From positions 3,872,001-3,936,000 of the forward strand of contig OZ244744.1 in NCBI GenBank assembly GCA_965219455.1: DNA of 64,000 nucleotides, read 5' to 3'. Position 1 is the stretch's first letter, and each line of letters opens with the position of its first letter. This DNA comes from Candidatus Latescibacterota bacterium (GTDB lineage Bacteria > Latescibacterota > UBA2968 > GCA-2709665). Shown here in pieces: positions 49,284 to 60,813 of the stretch. The notes beneath the pieces were generated by a model. The model was not told the DNA's origin. It ran no database searches and saw only the letters and a program-made list of their open reading frames with translations. Made by a program: the position numbers and the translations under genes.

Positions 49284-49338
49284 AGTAGATTGTCTCCAGA
49301 GGGGAATGGATCGCTATATTCGAGTGTCCGGAAAGTGA

Positions 49339-49803
49339 TTAGCGCTCCCACGTAATCCGCGATTCGTCCGGCGTGCCGCACAGCGGGCCGCCACGGTCGT
49401 CGGTTAATTTCAGTCTTAGGACGATCGGTTCATTCAGTTCAAGCGTCTGTTCGACCTGTGGCCATTCCAGGTGTGTAAGGCGGATCTTCAGTCGCCGGAA
49501 CATGTCGAATCGATCGGACTGCTTCACCCCCCAGGACAGATAGAAGAACCGGTCCCTGGGTCTGCCCTGTGCGTACGGGCCCAAGAAATTGGGGGAACCG
49601 TCCCGTTGCTTCCCGATCCGGAATTCAGGATGAAACTCCACTCGATGCCGGTCAGCGGGGATCTGTTCGATTACCTCGGTCCCGCGCTGGATGCCCAGAT
49701 AGACGGGCTCCTTGACCCTGGGTTCATGTTTGTGAGGGTCTTCAAAACGAAGTCCGGGCAATTGCGAACACATGACTTTCAACTTCAATTGTCTATCGGA
49801 CAT
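49339..49803 (-). CDS. DUF5990 family protein
   Basis: LGIQRG, FLGPYAQG...DRFFYLSW, MFRRLKI.L, LTDDRGGPLCG. Confidence 0.8.
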   Translation of the reverse strand: MSDRQLKLKVMCSQLPGLRFEDPHKHEPRVKEPVYLGIQRGTEVIEQIPADRHRVEFHPEFRIGKQRDGSPNFLGPYAQGRPRDRFFYLSWGVKQSDRFDMFRRLKIRLTHLEWPQVEQTLELNEPIVLRLKLTDDRGGPLCGTPDESRITWER

Positions 49804-50164
49804 CGTTCTCCCTTCAACCCTATGACGCCGAGGCAGTCCGCTGGTATCGGCGTTTTACAATAAGCGACTCACGCGGGATTTCCAATCCATTATTCGACCG
49901 CAGCGACTGTCGATGGCTCGCCACAAGCGTGCTCCGGATTCACACGCCGGCAGGAAAAGAAAAAACCCCACGGACCATGAACGGCACGGTCGACGGGCGA
50001 GAAGCAGATTAAGAACAAATATAAATAATTGATATTAAAATAAATATACGCATGATTGCGAAATTACACCCGCCACGAAAAAAAATAAAGCGAACGCCGT
50101 CTCTGCTGGCACACATCTTGATATCTATTCCTATTGCCTGAAATTCATCGTGCGGAGGGACCAG

Positions 50165-50833
50165 ATGCGGCTTGCAATCGGTTTCGCGTTCATTGTGCTG
50201 CTGGCGCCGGGGATGTCAAATGCACAGGAGTTGGGTGCGAGTGTCTTTGGCGGTTACTCCGTACCTGGTGACAGCCGAATTCTTCTGCGGCAAACTGACT
50301 ACCACTACGAGTGGGACATTCTTTCACTCTACGACAGGGGATATTCGATCAGCACCGATTTTCACGGTGCGCAGGGGGGCCTGGTTATCGGAGGGGATTT
50401 TTTCGCCAGATTCGAAGAGGGTGACATCGGTATCGGCTTATTGAGCTTTTCCAGCGGCCGTATATCCGGCGCGTTACTCTCTCCTGAAGCGCGAATGGAA
50501 AACGTCAAATCAGCCGAATTCGAAAGGGTCTTCCGATCGGCTTTCGTATTCATCCGATGCCGTCCTGTTACCGATTCGCCCGTATGGCCCTATCTTGGGG
50601 TCGGTATGGGGATCTATGGTCTCCAAGAGAGCTCTCGGGAGGCGTATTTGAGACAGCAAAAAGGACTCTTGGTGCAGGGCGCAGTCGGTATCGAAGCGGA
50701 CCTGGGGCGATGCCAAACGGGAGTTTTCGCGGAGTTGCGCTTAAATGTCGGCCACTTCGACGACGACCCTGACCCGGTTCCAATGGCCTTCGCAACGTTG
50801 ACCGTCGCCATTGGCCTGAGGTTCGCCTATTAG
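50165..50833 (+). CDS. Outer-membrane beta-barrel domain protein
   Basis: Signal peptide, PYLGVGMG, alternating beta strands, terminal GLRFAY. Confidence 0.7.
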   Translation: MRLAIGFAFIVLLAPGMSNAQELGASVFGGYSVPGDSRILLRQTDYHYEWDILSLYDRGYSISTDFHGAQGGLVIGGDFFARFEEGDIGIGLLSFSSGRISGALLSPEARMENVKSAEFERVFRSAFVFIRCRPVTDSPVWPYLGVGMGIYGLQESSREAYLRQQKGLLVQGAVGIEADLGRCQTGVFAELRLNVGHFDDDPDPVPMAFATLTVAIGLRFAY

Positions 50834-51052
50834 CCTGTATTTGACGTCTATATTCGCTCCGGTCCTCCGGATGCCGAATTGAAAAAATCAACGGATCGAT
50901 CAGAAAAATTACTTGAAAGGTGAAGCCTCGTTGGATATCATTAATTCATTGAAGGATTCCTGAGTCAGGTGGAACAATAGACTGGAAAAAGCAATCCAGG
51001 CGGGGTAGATCAGACGAAAGCAAGATGCCCGAACGTATTACCGGGTACGAAG

Positions 51053-51256
51053 GTGTATTTTGTTGTGGAGGCAATAGACGCAATGGGCGCAATAACGGAA
51101 TGGGTAAAGGCAAGAAATTTGCAAAAGGGCCTGGAAAAGGGTCGTCGGGAAATGCAACAACAGGTCGAAGAATGGATTGCTGAGGAGACGGCAAGGGGGA
51201 CACGATTTCAGACACCTCCCCCTTTCAACAGAAACGGTGAGCCTCCCCCCCAATAA
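51053..51256 (+). CDS. Small hypothetical protein
   Basis: Contains KGLEKGRRE and ...TPPPF; followed by a strong hairpin. Confidence 0.35.
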   Translation: MYFVVEAIDAMGAITEWVKARNLQKGLEKGRREMQQQVEEWIAEETARGTRFQTPPPFNRNGEPPPQ

Positions 51257-51280
51257 GGTCCCTGCATATCTGCCTTTCGC

Positions 51281-51318
51281 CAACCATGCCCGTGCGGTCT
51301 TCCGCACGGGCATGGTTG
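51281..51318. terminator. Perfect 17-bp hairpin downstream of glnS
   Basis: CAACCATGCCCGTGCGG-TCTT-CCGCACGGGCATGGTTG. Confidence 0.6.
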
Positions 51319-51382
51319 TTTCCGTCCACAACATCCATCGATTCAACCGTTCAGCGAATCGCTGGTTCTATCCGAAGGCGCC

Positions 51383-53122
51383 TCAACCACCACGCCTGGC
51401 CCTTGGCGGTTTCCCTCTTTTCTGCATCCTTGCCCAGGTATCGCGCAACGTAATCGTGCGGTTGAATACGAGCTTTTCGGGGGTCGAATCCGGGTCCACG
51501 CAGAAATATCCCAATCGTTCGAATTGAAATTGCGTGCCCGGCTCCGCGCCCTTGACCGTGGACTCCACAAAACAGCTCCGCCGCACCTCCAGGGATTTCG
51601 GGTTCACCGTTTCGCTGATGTCCCCGCCTTCGGCAACCTCCATCGGATTCTTGGCATTGAACAGCCGATCGTACAGGCGAACCTCCGCCTCAACCGCGTG
51701 CGCGGCAGAAACCCAGTGGATGGTACCTCGGACTTTTCGGCCGTCCGGTGTCGACCCGCCCCGGCTTTCAGGGTCAAACGTACACCGCAGTTCCACGATC
51801 TCTCCGTTTTGGTCCTTCATCACGTCTTGGCAGGTGATATAACAGGCCGCGCGGAGCCTGACCTCCCTCCCCGGGGCCAGCCGGCGGAATTTCCCTGGAG
51901 GATCCTCCATGAAATCGCCCTGTTCGATGTAGACTACCCTCGAAAGCGGCACGCTGCGAGTACCAGCGGATGGATCTTCGGGATTCACCTGCGCCTGGAA
52001 CGCTTCCTCCTTGCCCTCGGGGTAGTTTTCGATCACCACCTTCAACGGACTAATCACCCCCATCACGCGGGGCGCATGCCGATTCAGATAGGCCCGGATA
52101 TGAAACTCCAGGAGGTCGATCTCCGCAGTTGTATCTCGTTTGGACATTCCCACGCGGCGGATGAAATTCCGAATCGCCTCGGGGGGCACGCCCCTGCGCC
52201 GAAGTCCCGAGAGCGTGATCAGCCTGGGATCGTCCCATCCGGCAAGCAGACCGTTTTCGATCAATGGCCGCAGATGTCGTTTTCCCACCAACGTATGCGT
52301 GACGAACAGCTTGGGAAATTCGATCTGCCGCGAAGGGAAAATCCCGAGCTCTCGGATATACCAGTCATAAAGGGGGCGGTGGTCTTCGAATTCCTGGGAA
52401 CACAGGGAATGCGAAATCCCCTCGATCGCGTCCGACTGCCCGTGGGTAAAATCGTACATCGGATAGATGCACCATGTATTTCCCCGGCGGTAATGAGACG
52501 CCCGGAGGATGCGAAACATCACTGGATCACGCATGTTCATGTTGGGCGACGCCATATCGATCTTCGCCCTCAGGGTTCGCGTACCATCTGGAAATTCACC
52601 GGCCCTCATCCGCGCAAACAGATCCAGGTTCTCGTCGATGGACCGGTTTCGATACGGGCTTTCTCTTCCCGGCGAGGTCACCGACCCCCGGTATGTCCGG
52701 GTCGCAGCCGTGCTCAAATCGCACACGTAGGCTTTGCGCTTTTTGATCAATTTGACGGCGAATTCGTAGAGTTGTTCGAAATAGTCGGAGGCAAAATAGA
52801 GGCGGTCCTCCCAGTCAAACCCCAGCCATCGGATATCCCGCTGGATACCGTCGACATAGCTGGCCTCTTCCTTGGTGGGGTCGGTGTCATCAAAGCGGAG
52901 ATTGCAGACGCCGCCGAATTCCTCGGCAACCCAAAAATTGAGACAGATCGCCTTGGCGTGGCCGATGTGCAGATGCCCATTCGGCTCGGGTGGAAAGCGG
53001 GTCATCACACCCTCGTACCGGCCGGCCGCCAGGTCCTGTCGAATGGCGTCACGGATGAAATCCGAAGGGGTTTCGTCTTCAACGGCAGCACGGCCAGCGT
53101 CAGTTTTGTTCATCGCAAACAC
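51383..53122 (-). CDS. glnS: Glutamine--tRNA ligase
   Basis: [47 protein letters not shown]. Confidence 0.95.
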   Translation of the reverse strand: MFAMNKTDAGRAAVEDETPSDFIRDAIRQDLAAGRYEGVMTRFPPEPNGHLHIGHAKAICLNFWVAEEFGGVCNLRFDDTDPTKEEASYVDGIQRDIRWLGFDWEDRLYFASDYFEQLYEFAVKLIKKRKAYVCDLSTAATRTYRGSVTSPGRESPYRNRSIDENLDLFARMRAGEFPDGTRTLRAKIDMASPNMNMRDPVMFRILRASHYRRGNTWCIYPMYDFTHGQSDAIEGISHSLCSQEFEDHRPLYDWYIRELGIFPSRQIEFPKLFVTHTLVGKRHLRPLIENGLLAGWDDPRLITLSGLRRRGVPPEAIRNFIRRVGMSKRDTTAEIDLLEFHIRAYLNRHAPRVMGVISPLKVVIENYPEGKEEAFQAQVNPEDPSAGTRSVPLSRVVYIEQGDFMEDPPGKFRRLAPGREVRLRAACYITCQDVMKDQNGEIVELRCTFDPESRGGSTPDGRKVRGTIHWVSAAHAVEAEVRLYDRLFNAKNPMEVAEGGDISETVNPKSLEVRRSCFVESTVKGAEPGTQFQFERLGYFCVDPDSTPEKLVFNRTITLRDTWARMQKRGKPPRARRGG

Positions 53123-53216
53123 CTCAAACAGGAGAATCTAAGCGGTTTGATAGCCAATAAAGCAGCTCTTCCCCCGCGCAATGGCTTGTCGAGCCGCGGA
53201 GGAAGCGTCTGAGAAG

Positions 53217-53240
53217 GTGGGGCAGACATTCCTGTCTGCC
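53217..53240 (+). repeat. REP-like palindrome
   Basis: GTGGGGCAGACATTCCTGTCTGCC. Confidence 0.55.
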
Positions 53241-53304
53241 GGAATTCATGTGTTTCATTGAATTGATCCAAATCCGTTGCGATGCCGAATCCGTTGAGGT
53301 CCCT

Positions 53305-54297
53305 TCATCGATCCCCCCCGCGGCTCCCGTTCTCCTCTTCCGTGATCCATTCCGGCTCCACGAACAGGCTGCTGACCGACTCTCCGTTGTGAATTCTGCG
53401 AATGGCTTCCGCGAGCAGGGGCGCCACCGACAACGTCGCCAGTTTCGGGTGCGACTGAATCGCCGCGGGCCGGGGCACCGTATCCGATGTCACCACCTCC
53501 CGCACTTCGTCGAATGTGCAGAAGCGCTCGAGGGCATCGCCCGTAAAGAGGCCGTGGGTGCAGGTGATGGATATGTCGTTGACCTTCTGATCCCGGAGCC
53601 GGCGGATCAATTCGACAATCGTGCCGCCGGTGGCGATCTCATCGTCCAGGACGATCACTCGTTTTCCGCTGACGTCGCCCACTATCGCGTCGATGACGAC
53701 CTTCCGGTCGCTGATCCGGCGCTTGCTGCCCGCGGCCACCGGCAATCCCAGCATCCTGGCGAACTGCGCCGCCTCTTTCGCCCTTCCCAGGTCGGGCGAA
53801 ACCACCACCGTGTTCTCGAGGTTTCGGCCATGAAAGTGGCCTGCCAGTATGTGCAACGCGTTGAGGTGGTCCACGGGCACACTGAAGAAGCCATGCACCT
53901 GGGACGCGTGGAGCGTCATCGTGAGCACACGGCCGGCGCCGGCCGTGACGAGTAGATCCGCGACCAGCCGCGCGGCAATGGAGATCCGAGGCGCGTCCTT
54001 CTTGTCCGAACGGGCATAGCCGAAATAGGGGATCACGGCCGTCGTGCGGGCGGCCGATGCGCCCCTTGCCGCGTCCAGCATCTGCAACAATTCCATCAGG
54101 TGATCGTGAACGGGCATCACGAGCGGCTGTATGAGAAAGACATCGGCTTCCCGGCAGTTGGCATCGAGTTGCACCTGGATACAGCCGTTGCTGAACCGGT
54201 TCACCGTGGTTCGGCTGCGCGCAACGCCCAGGTTTTCGCAGATGCTATCGGCCAGTTCAGGGTGCGCCGTGCCGCCGAACATCACGATATCACGCAT
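53305..54297 (-). CDS. prs: Ribose-phosphate pyrophosphokinase
   Basis: VIPYFGYARSDKK, LHASQ..GFF, VVSPDLG, DDEIATGGT, THGLF. Confidence 0.95.
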   Translation of the reverse strand: MRDIVMFGGTAHPELADSICENLGVARSRTTVNRFSNGCIQVQLDANCREADVFLIQPLVMPVHDHLMELLQMLDAARGASAARTTAVIPYFGYARSDKKDAPRISIAARLVADLLVTAGAGRVLTMTLHASQVHGFFSVPVDHLNALHILAGHFHGRNLENTVVVSPDLGRAKEAAQFARMLGLPVAAGSKRRISDRKVVIDAIVGDVSGKRVIVLDDEIATGGTIVELIRRLRDQKVNDISITCTHGLFTGDALERFCTFDEVREVVTSDTVPRPAAIQSHPKLATLSVAPLLAEAIRRIHNGESVSSLFVEPEWITEEENGSRGGDR

Positions 54298-54407
54298 GGG
54301 TTGGACTCCGTTTCAAGGCTTCACGCTCAATGCAGATCCTCTCTCAAGAGGTCCAACTGAATGTGTCGGCGTAAACAAACTTCCGATTCTGCAAATCGGG
54401 GTGACCG

Positions 54408-55349
54408 TCAGGATTGCATCGACGCGATCCGAATGCCGTCAAGCTCCTCCGCGCTGAAAACTCCGGCTTCGAACAGGTTCAGATATTCTTGCGACACGCT
54501 CTGCCCGAAGATCATCGGATCGTCCGTATTGACGGTCACTTCCACACCTTGATCGAAGAGTGCGCGGATGGGATGTGTCGAAAGCGAGTCCACGGCGCCC
54601 AGCATGACGTTGCCGGACGGGCAGACGTGCAGGCGAATCCGGTTGTCTGACAACCAGCGCGTGACGCTCGGGGATTCCGCTGCGGCGATTCCGTGTTGTA
54701 CTTCGTGCAGCCCGAGTGCTTCCGCGGTCCCCCTCACCCGCTCAGCCCCGCCAAATTCACCCACGTGCGCCTTCAGTTTCATCCCTGCCGATCGCGCATG
54801 TCTGTAGAGCGGAAGCACGTCGTCGAGAGAACACGCGTGTTCGTCTCCGTAGAGGTCGATCGACCGGAACATGCCCGATTCGATGCCCGCGCGCGCGCGA
54901 TTTGCCATCACACTATCGCCGACGATCTCCCGCGGGATACCCAGTTCCGGCCTGAGATCAATCCGGTCGCGATTTCGCTCCACCAGGTCCTGGATGAACG
55001 ACGCAAACCCTGCCAGGCCGGTCTCGAAGTGCCCGGCCGACCGCACGTCGAAACTCATCTCAAGGCGCCGGACGCCGTCTTCTATCGCTTCTTCCACCGC
55101 CGCTCGGGCAGTGAATTCGCACGCTTTCCGGGAGTTGAGATAGGGGTACAGCGCTCTGCCCGCGTAGTCCTCCATTCCCTTGAGCCCGCGCATCGGGACG
55201 ACCGGCCGTTCCAGCGGGCGCCCGAGCCATCGCTCCACGTTCTCGATCCGCGTTCCGAAGTACGCGTGGCGGTGGAATTCGGCTTTCGGCGCTCGCTGAA
55301 TGGATGACAAATCTCCTTCGTCGAGCGCCCGCGCGAACGGTTTCGTCAT
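54408..55349 (-). CDS. Adenosine deaminase family protein
   Basis: PKAEFHRH, KAHVGE, QHGI, VCPSGN, HPI, VNTDDP. Confidence 0.88.
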   Translation of the reverse strand: MTKPFARALDEGDLSSIQRAPKAEFHRHAYFGTRIENVERWLGRPLERPVVPMRGLKGMEDYAGRALYPYLNSRKACEFTARAAVEEAIEDGVRRLEMSFDVRSAGHFETGLAGFASFIQDLVERNRDRIDLRPELGIPREIVGDSVMANRARAGIESGMFRSIDLYGDEHACSLDDVLPLYRHARSAGMKLKAHVGEFGGAERVRGTAEALGLHEVQHGIAAAESPSVTRWLSDNRIRLHVCPSGNVMLGAVDSLSTHPIRALFDQGVEVTVNTDDPMIFGQSVSQEYLNLFEAGVFSAEELDGIRIASMQS

Positions 55350-55961
55350 TCTCGTCTCTTATCGTGCGTAGCTTCCGCCATCGGAGTCAGGGCGTCAAAT
55401 CCGTTTGACGGAAAACCGACTGCGCAACGGATGCTCTCACTGATCCGATTGGCATATGGATGCAATTCCCCATCCACCACATTATTACACCCCTCTGACA
55501 TATGAATCCATTCTCGGTTGGAGAGTTGTCTCGCGATATATCCGCACGTCCGGTTACTCCAAAACCGGATTGAAGGTCTCGAATCCCATATTTCTGCTGG
55601 TATCATCTACGAGTCCAACGCGACGTAGTCTGATCATTGCCAGTGAGGTACCACCGATCCCTTAAAAGACGATTACCTATTCAGAAATATACTTATTTCA
55701 CGGCCGAGCATAAGAAAAATCGCTGCACTCTGTCGCCTGCAGGATTGCACTGACAGAGGTCCCGCGCTGGTCATGGACAAGACCGCAGTTCAGCGAAAGG
55801 TCCGACAGGTGGTCAATGGTCAACAGTTGGCGGCTCAGGACCCGCCGGATCGCGTCTCAGCACCACGTCGTGACTACGGCCTTGTTCCTGGATTGCAAAA
55901 CTCAAGAGGCCGTAAGTCTCGCTGAGTTTCGGCAAGAGCCTACGGCCTGTTGAAAGATATT

Positions 55962-56035
55962 TGGCTGCCCCCCAGGGATTCGAACCCCGATACTACGGTC
56001 CAGAGCCGCATGTCTTGCCATTAGACGAGGGGGCA
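55962..56035 (-). tRNA. tRNA-Gln (CTG)
   Basis: TGCCCCCTCGTCTAATGGCAAGACATGCGG-CTCTGGA-CCGTAGTATCGGGGTTCGAATCCCTGGGGGGCAGCCA. Confidence 0.95.
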
Positions 56036-56062
56036 GCCGCATCGGTTGTACGCATTGTCAGT

Positions 56063-57502
56063 CTATTGGGAAACGGTCTCCTTTTGTCCCAGCCTTTCCA
56101 GGCCGGTTTTCATTCGCCGGATGCAGGTTTCACGACCCAGAACCGACATCATTTCGAACAAGCCCGGACCCATGTTGGTACCGCTGAGCACGAGGCGTGT
56201 GGGGTGGATCAGTTTCCCGGCAGAAATTCCCAGTTGCCCTGAGAGCGTGCGCGTGGCGCCTTCAATCTCCCGTTCGCCGAAATCGGTTAGCGCCTCCAGC
56301 CTCGCGATCAATTCCTCAAGCCGCGAAGGCGTATCGATCTTCCAGTGTTTTTTTCGGGCTCTTTCTTCGTATACGTCCGGATCGTAGAAAAAGTATCCGT
56401 AATTCAAAAAGTCGCGCACGGTATGAATGCGCGGCTGCATCAGTTCCACGGCCTTGAGCAGACTCGCCTTCCGGGTTTTCGCATCTTCGGCCGATATCCA
56501 GCCGGCATCGATCCATTGATTTACAGCCATCTCCAGGAGTTCGGAAGCCGGTTTCGCCCGCAGGTGTTCCCCGTTCAGCCATTCCAGCTTGCGCTCGTCG
56601 AACTCCGCATTCTTCTTGAGCATCCCCTCAACGGAAAACGCCTGGATCAGTTCCTCGCGTGTAAACACCTCCCGGCCGTTTTTCGGTGCCCAGCCCTGAA
56701 GCGCCAGAAAATTGAACAACGCTTCGGGCAGATATCCCTGCTGCCGGTATTCCGTGACGGTCGTTGCGCCCTGGCGTTTGCTCAGCTTCCTGCCATCGGG
56801 CCCCATAAGCAACGTCGTGTGCGCGTACGCGGGTGCGGTCCATCCCAGAGCCTGAAAGAGCATCACCTGCTTGGGCGTATTGGAAAGGTGCTCTGCCCCT
56901 CGAATGACCAGAGTCACACCCAGATCGTGATCGTCGACGACCACCGCCAGGTGGTAAATGGGCGATCCGTCCGCCCGCAGGATGATGAAGTCCTCAACCT
57001 CACGGTTGTTCCATCGCTGGACGCCGCGGATCGGATCCTGCCAGAGCGTTTCGCCGTCAGGAACCTTGAAGCGCACCGTCGTGGGCCGGCCTTCGGCTTC
57101 AAAAGCCTCACGCTGCCCGCGCGCAATGTCCCGGTTGTATCGGACTCGCCGCCCCGCAGCCTGCGCCTGTTGCTGCATGGCGCGGACCTCTTCAGGGGTT
57201 TCGTACGCGTAATACGCGTGTCCGGTGTCCAGAAGCCTGTCTACCGCCTCACGGTGCGCCCTGGCGTTGCGGGATTGAATTATCGCCTCGCCGTCGAACG
57301 CAATGCCCAGCCATTCCAGACTGTCCAGGATCGTATTCAGAGAGGCTTCGGTAGACCGTTCCCTGTCGGTATCTTCAACGCGAAGATGCAGCCTGCCGCC
57401 ATAGCGCCGCGCGTACAGATAGTTGAACAGCGCCGTTCGGGCGTTCCCTACGTGAAACCCGCCCGTGGGCGAAGGCGCAAATCGCAAGATCGTGTTGGAC
57501 AT
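56063..57502 (-). CDS. gltX: Glutamate--tRNA ligase
   Basis: RFAPSPTG..HVGNARTALFN, RVEDTD, VVDDH, KLSKR. Confidence 0.95.
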   Translation of the reverse strand: MSNTILRFAPSPTGGFHVGNARTALFNYLYARRYGGRLHLRVEDTDRERSTEASLNTILDSLEWLGIAFDGEAIIQSRNARAHREAVDRLLDTGHAYYAYETPEEVRAMQQQAQAAGRRVRYNRDIARGQREAFEAEGRPTTVRFKVPDGETLWQDPIRGVQRWNNREVEDFIILRADGSPIYHLAVVVDDHDLGVTLVIRGAEHLSNTPKQVMLFQALGWTAPAYAHTTLLMGPDGRKLSKRQGATTVTEYRQQGYLPEALFNFLALQGWAPKNGREVFTREELIQAFSVEGMLKKNAEFDERKLEWLNGEHLRAKPASELLEMAVNQWIDAGWISAEDAKTRKASLLKAVELMQPRIHTVRDFLNYGYFFYDPDVYEERARKKHWKIDTPSRLEELIARLEALTDFGEREIEGATRTLSGQLGISAGKLIHPTRLVLSGTNMGPGLFEMMSVLGRETCIRRMKTGLERLGQKETVSQ

Positions 57503-57677
57503 GGAAAAAAACGACTGGAAGTTAGAGGTAAGAAGTAAGAATCGAGGCGAGAACACCGTGAATGTCAGCGCAGTTGGTGTATCAGTCGCGGCGAAATCAG
57601 CGAATCGACCACGTGAGCCAACGCAAGTCCGGGGTGGAGTGGCCTTCTCGCCTCTTGCCTCTCACTGCATTCTAAAA

Positions 57678-57772
<95 letters not shown>

Positions 57773-57932
57773 GAATTATAAATTCAGTAACCTACTATAC
57801 TACCAAAACGTGCAGGCAAAATCAAGGAAAAACCTGTGACTCGAGGCCGGTTGCGCCGACCCGCGGGAACGCCGGCGTTTCATTTTCCGGGAGGGCTTGC
57901 CGATAGACGACACACGGGTCCTACCAGAATTC

Positions 57933-58021
57933 TGGCGGTGGGGGTGGGATTCGAACCCACGGATCCGGTTAGGATCAACGGTTTTCAAGACCGCCACGTT
58001 CGACCTCTCCGTCACCCCACC
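57933..58021 (-). tRNA. tRNA-Ser (TGA)
   Basis: GGTGGGG...GCGGT-CTTGAAA-ACCGT, long variable arm, GCCA end. Confidence 0.95.
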
Positions 58022-58355
58022 GTCACAACCGATACAGGCCTGACATCTGCGGCGATCCTACGGGAAAATTACAGAAAACGGGCGTTCTCTGTCAAGACCT
58101 TTGTCTCTCGAAACGGCTGACGCGCGGCCATCCGGACTCGACGGTTTCGGCATTGCGGATCGTCTTTTTTTTCCGGTCTCGCCGGTTCAAAATTGGGGTT
58201 GCGCCGCCCTGGCGATTTCTGTATTATTAGGCAAGTTTGAGGCGTTCTCGTGTGGCACGGATTCCGCACGCTTTTGCAGCCGCCTGCCTTGCCTGCGGCA
58301 GCAGGCAGGCGCGAAGACTGCGGTGGGTTTTAAGACAGATTCTCAAGGAGGCCCG

Positions 58356-59963
58356 GTGCCCCATGTCCATGCCAGGCTCGTAACCGGCGCGCAGATGGCA
58401 CGCATCGACCGCGGAGCCATCGAGCGTGGGGTTTCCGGCGTCCAACTAATGGAATGTGCGGGGCGTGGCGGTGCCCGGGTGCTTGGCGATCTTGTTAATG
58501 AATTCCCGGGAAAACGCATCGTCGTTCTCTGCGGCAAGGCCAACAACGGCGGCGACGGATTCGTTATTGCAGATCTCGCCGCGTCCGCGGGCGCTTCCGT
58601 CTCGGCTTTTCTGTTGGCATCGGAAGACCAGGTAAGGGGCGATGCACGCCACCACCTGGACCGCGCCCGGAAAAACGGCCTCGAGATCGCGGAAATTCGG
58701 GATTTCAATGATCTGGGACGCATCAGCCGCGCACTTTCCGGTGCATCCGCGGCGGTAGATGCCCTCCTCGGAACCGGAATGCGTGGCGGCCCCCGCGGGC
58801 TTGTAGCAGGTGCAATCGAAACGCTTCGGGATGTTTCCTGTCCCATCCTGGCCGTAGACGTCCCCTCCGGTCTGGATGCCGACACCGGCCGGACGGATGG
58901 GCCGTGTGCGGGGGCGACATGTACCGTTACGTTCGGACAGCCCAAAGTCGGCCAGTTTTTTTATCCCGGCCGCGCACTTTGCGGAACCCTGTATTGCGTG
59001 GACATCGGTCTGCCACAGGCAGCCGTCGACGCCGAGAACGTCAATGTGCAGCTTATTGCCGCGCACGGGGGCGCGCCACTTCTGCCCCGAAGACCGCCCG
59101 ACGCCCACAAGGGGGATTGCGGCCGGGTGGTCATTCTCGCCGGCTCAATGGGTTTCACGGGCGCGGCGGCGCTCTCGGCGCAGGGGGCGCTCAGATCCGG
59201 CGCCGGCCTGGTTCGGGTCGGCGTGCCGGAAAGCCTGAACGATATTCTGGAGGTCAAGCTCACGGAGGCGATGACCCATCCGCTTCCGGAGGTCCGAAAA
59301 CCCCGCTGCCTGGCCCTACGCGCCCGCGGTGAAATTCAGAGACTGGTTGCCGACGCCGACTGCGTCGCTCTCGGGCCGGGCCTGGGAACGCACAGGGAAA
59401 CCGTGCAATTGGTCCGACGGATCGTTCACGATATCCAGGCACCGCTCGTTCTGGACGCCGATGGCATCAACGCCCTCGCCGGAGCGGCGGACAACCTGAA
59501 AATGCGGGCCGCGCCAACCGTTGTCACGCCGCACCCGGGGGAATTCGCCCGTCTCACCGGTCTCGGTCACGAGGCCATTCGTTCCGATCCAATCGGTTCG
59601 GCGCAGACGCTGGCCGGGGAGGCTGACGTCATCGTGATCCTCAAAGGTGCGCCTACCGTTGTGGCCGTACCCGGCGGCCGCACGTACGTCAATCCCAGCG
59701 GCAACGCCGGCATGGCCTCGGGCGGCTCCGGAGACGTTCTCACGGGGATCCTCGCCGCCCTCCTGGGGCAGGGCATGGACCCCGAAACGGCGGCCTGCCT
59801 GGGTGTCTACATGCACGGCCTCGCCGGGGACCTGTGCGCGGAACGCAGCTGCGAGGCCGGGCTGATCGCGGGGGACATCGCGGCGGCGCTCCCGCGCGCG
59901 CGCCGCGTTATCGAGACAGGCGCGGATCGAGACCGATACATTCGATTCCATACGTTAAATTGA
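58356..59963 (+). CDS. nnr: Bifunctional NAD(P)H-hydrate epimerase/dehydratase
   Basis: LMECAG, GKANNGGDG, DALLGTG, HKGDCG, GPGLG, TPHPGEF, GGSGDVLTG; RBS AAGGAGG before GTG. Confidence 0.93.
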   Translation: MPHVHARLVTGAQMARIDRGAIERGVSGVQLMECAGRGGARVLGDLVNEFPGKRIVVLCGKANNGGDGFVIADLAASAGASVSAFLLASEDQVRGDARHHLDRARKNGLEIAEIRDFNDLGRISRALSGASAAVDALLGTGMRGGPRGLVAGAIETLRDVSCPILAVDVPSGLDADTGRTDGPCAGATCTVTFGQPKVGQFFYPGRALCGTLYCVDIGLPQAAVDAENVNVQLIAAHGGAPLLPRRPPDAHKGDCGRVVILAGSMGFTGAAALSAQGALRSGAGLVRVGVPESLNDILEVKLTEAMTHPLPEVRKPRCLALRARGEIQRLVADADCVALGPGLGTHRETVQLVRRIVHDIQAPLVLDADGINALAGAADNLKMRAAPTVVTPHPGEFARLTGLGHEAIRSDPIGSAQTLAGEADVIVILKGAPTVVAVPGGRTYVNPSGNAGMASGGSGDVLTGILAALLGQGMDPETAACLGVYMHGLAGDLCAERSCEAGLIAGDIAAALPRARRVIETGADRDRYIRFHTLN

Positions 59964-59974
59964 GAACCGGAACC

Positions 59975-60502
59975 ATGCCGGATATTCGCGAAAGCATCGA
60001 CGAGATGATCGAGGAGTCCTATCTCGTCGGTCTCACTGAAGGTGAAATCAGGGCGGATATGGAACGCTTCGTAAGCATCTGCGGCAGGGTTATCCGGGAG
60101 AATGTCCACGACAAGAAACAGACCCGCAGACTCACCGAACAACTGGCCAGAGCGAGGGCGCTGAGCCTGGTTGAAGACGCTTCCGGATCCAGGGACGACT
60201 CGGACCTTCTCATCCCCGACGCGGAAACGCGCACGTCGCCCCGGGGGCGTTACGCCGAAAAGGCGGCCCGCAACAAGCGTCTCATACTCCGGGTCATCAG
60301 GGAGTGCGATCCAAAACTGGAGCAACTCATCGAACAGGAGCGGTTTTCGGGTTCGATCCCGGAACCTTCCGCCCCGTCTCTACCCATTGACGGCAACACA
60401 CCCCGGAAGGGGGTAAGGGATCTCTTCCTGAAAACCTGTTTTGCCGTCACGCTGCTCTTCATCCTCCTGCTGGTCTACCTGGTTCTGCTGCAAAATGTTT
60501 GA
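59975..60502 (+). CDS. Hypothetical protein with C-terminal membrane anchor
   Basis: Helical charged body; hydrophobic C-terminus. Confidence 0.6.
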   Translation: MPDIRESIDEMIEESYLVGLTEGEIRADMERFVSICGRVIRENVHDKKQTRRLTEQLARARALSLVEDASGSRDDSDLLIPDAETRTSPRGRYAEKAARNKRLILRVIRECDPKLEQLIEQERFSGSIPEPSAPSLPIDGNTPRKGVRDLFLKTCFAVTLLFILLLVYLVLLQNV

Positions 60503-60813
60503 ACCTTGTGTCCTGTCCCAAAAATACCTCACCATTCGTCAGTCGATTCATCCCGTCTCGCTGCGTTGCCCTCGCTCGCCGACCTTGCGCAGGTCGGAGG
60601 CGCCTGCGAGCCGGGCGACTCGGCGGCCGAATTTCGGCAACTTATTTCCGGAACAGGACACTAGACCGCCATACGGTTCCACACTGCCTGCGATCATCCT
60701 CCTTTCTCAAGGACAGCCGCAGGCGTTTTTTTAAATGGAGTCCAGCCCCGTGATACCTGGGCCGGCGAATGATATCCTCATCCTCTATATAGTCGGCGAC
60801 CCCGGTTTAAATT

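Noticed and set aside
55346-55960. Island integrated at the tRNA-Gln 3' end
   Set aside because: There is an AT-richer decayed stretch, but no integrase and no duplicated tRNA 3' end was found in the window.
57933-58021. tRNA-Sec
   Set aside because: The anticodon is TGA (Ser, reads UCA), not TCA, and the acceptor stem is the normal 7 bp.
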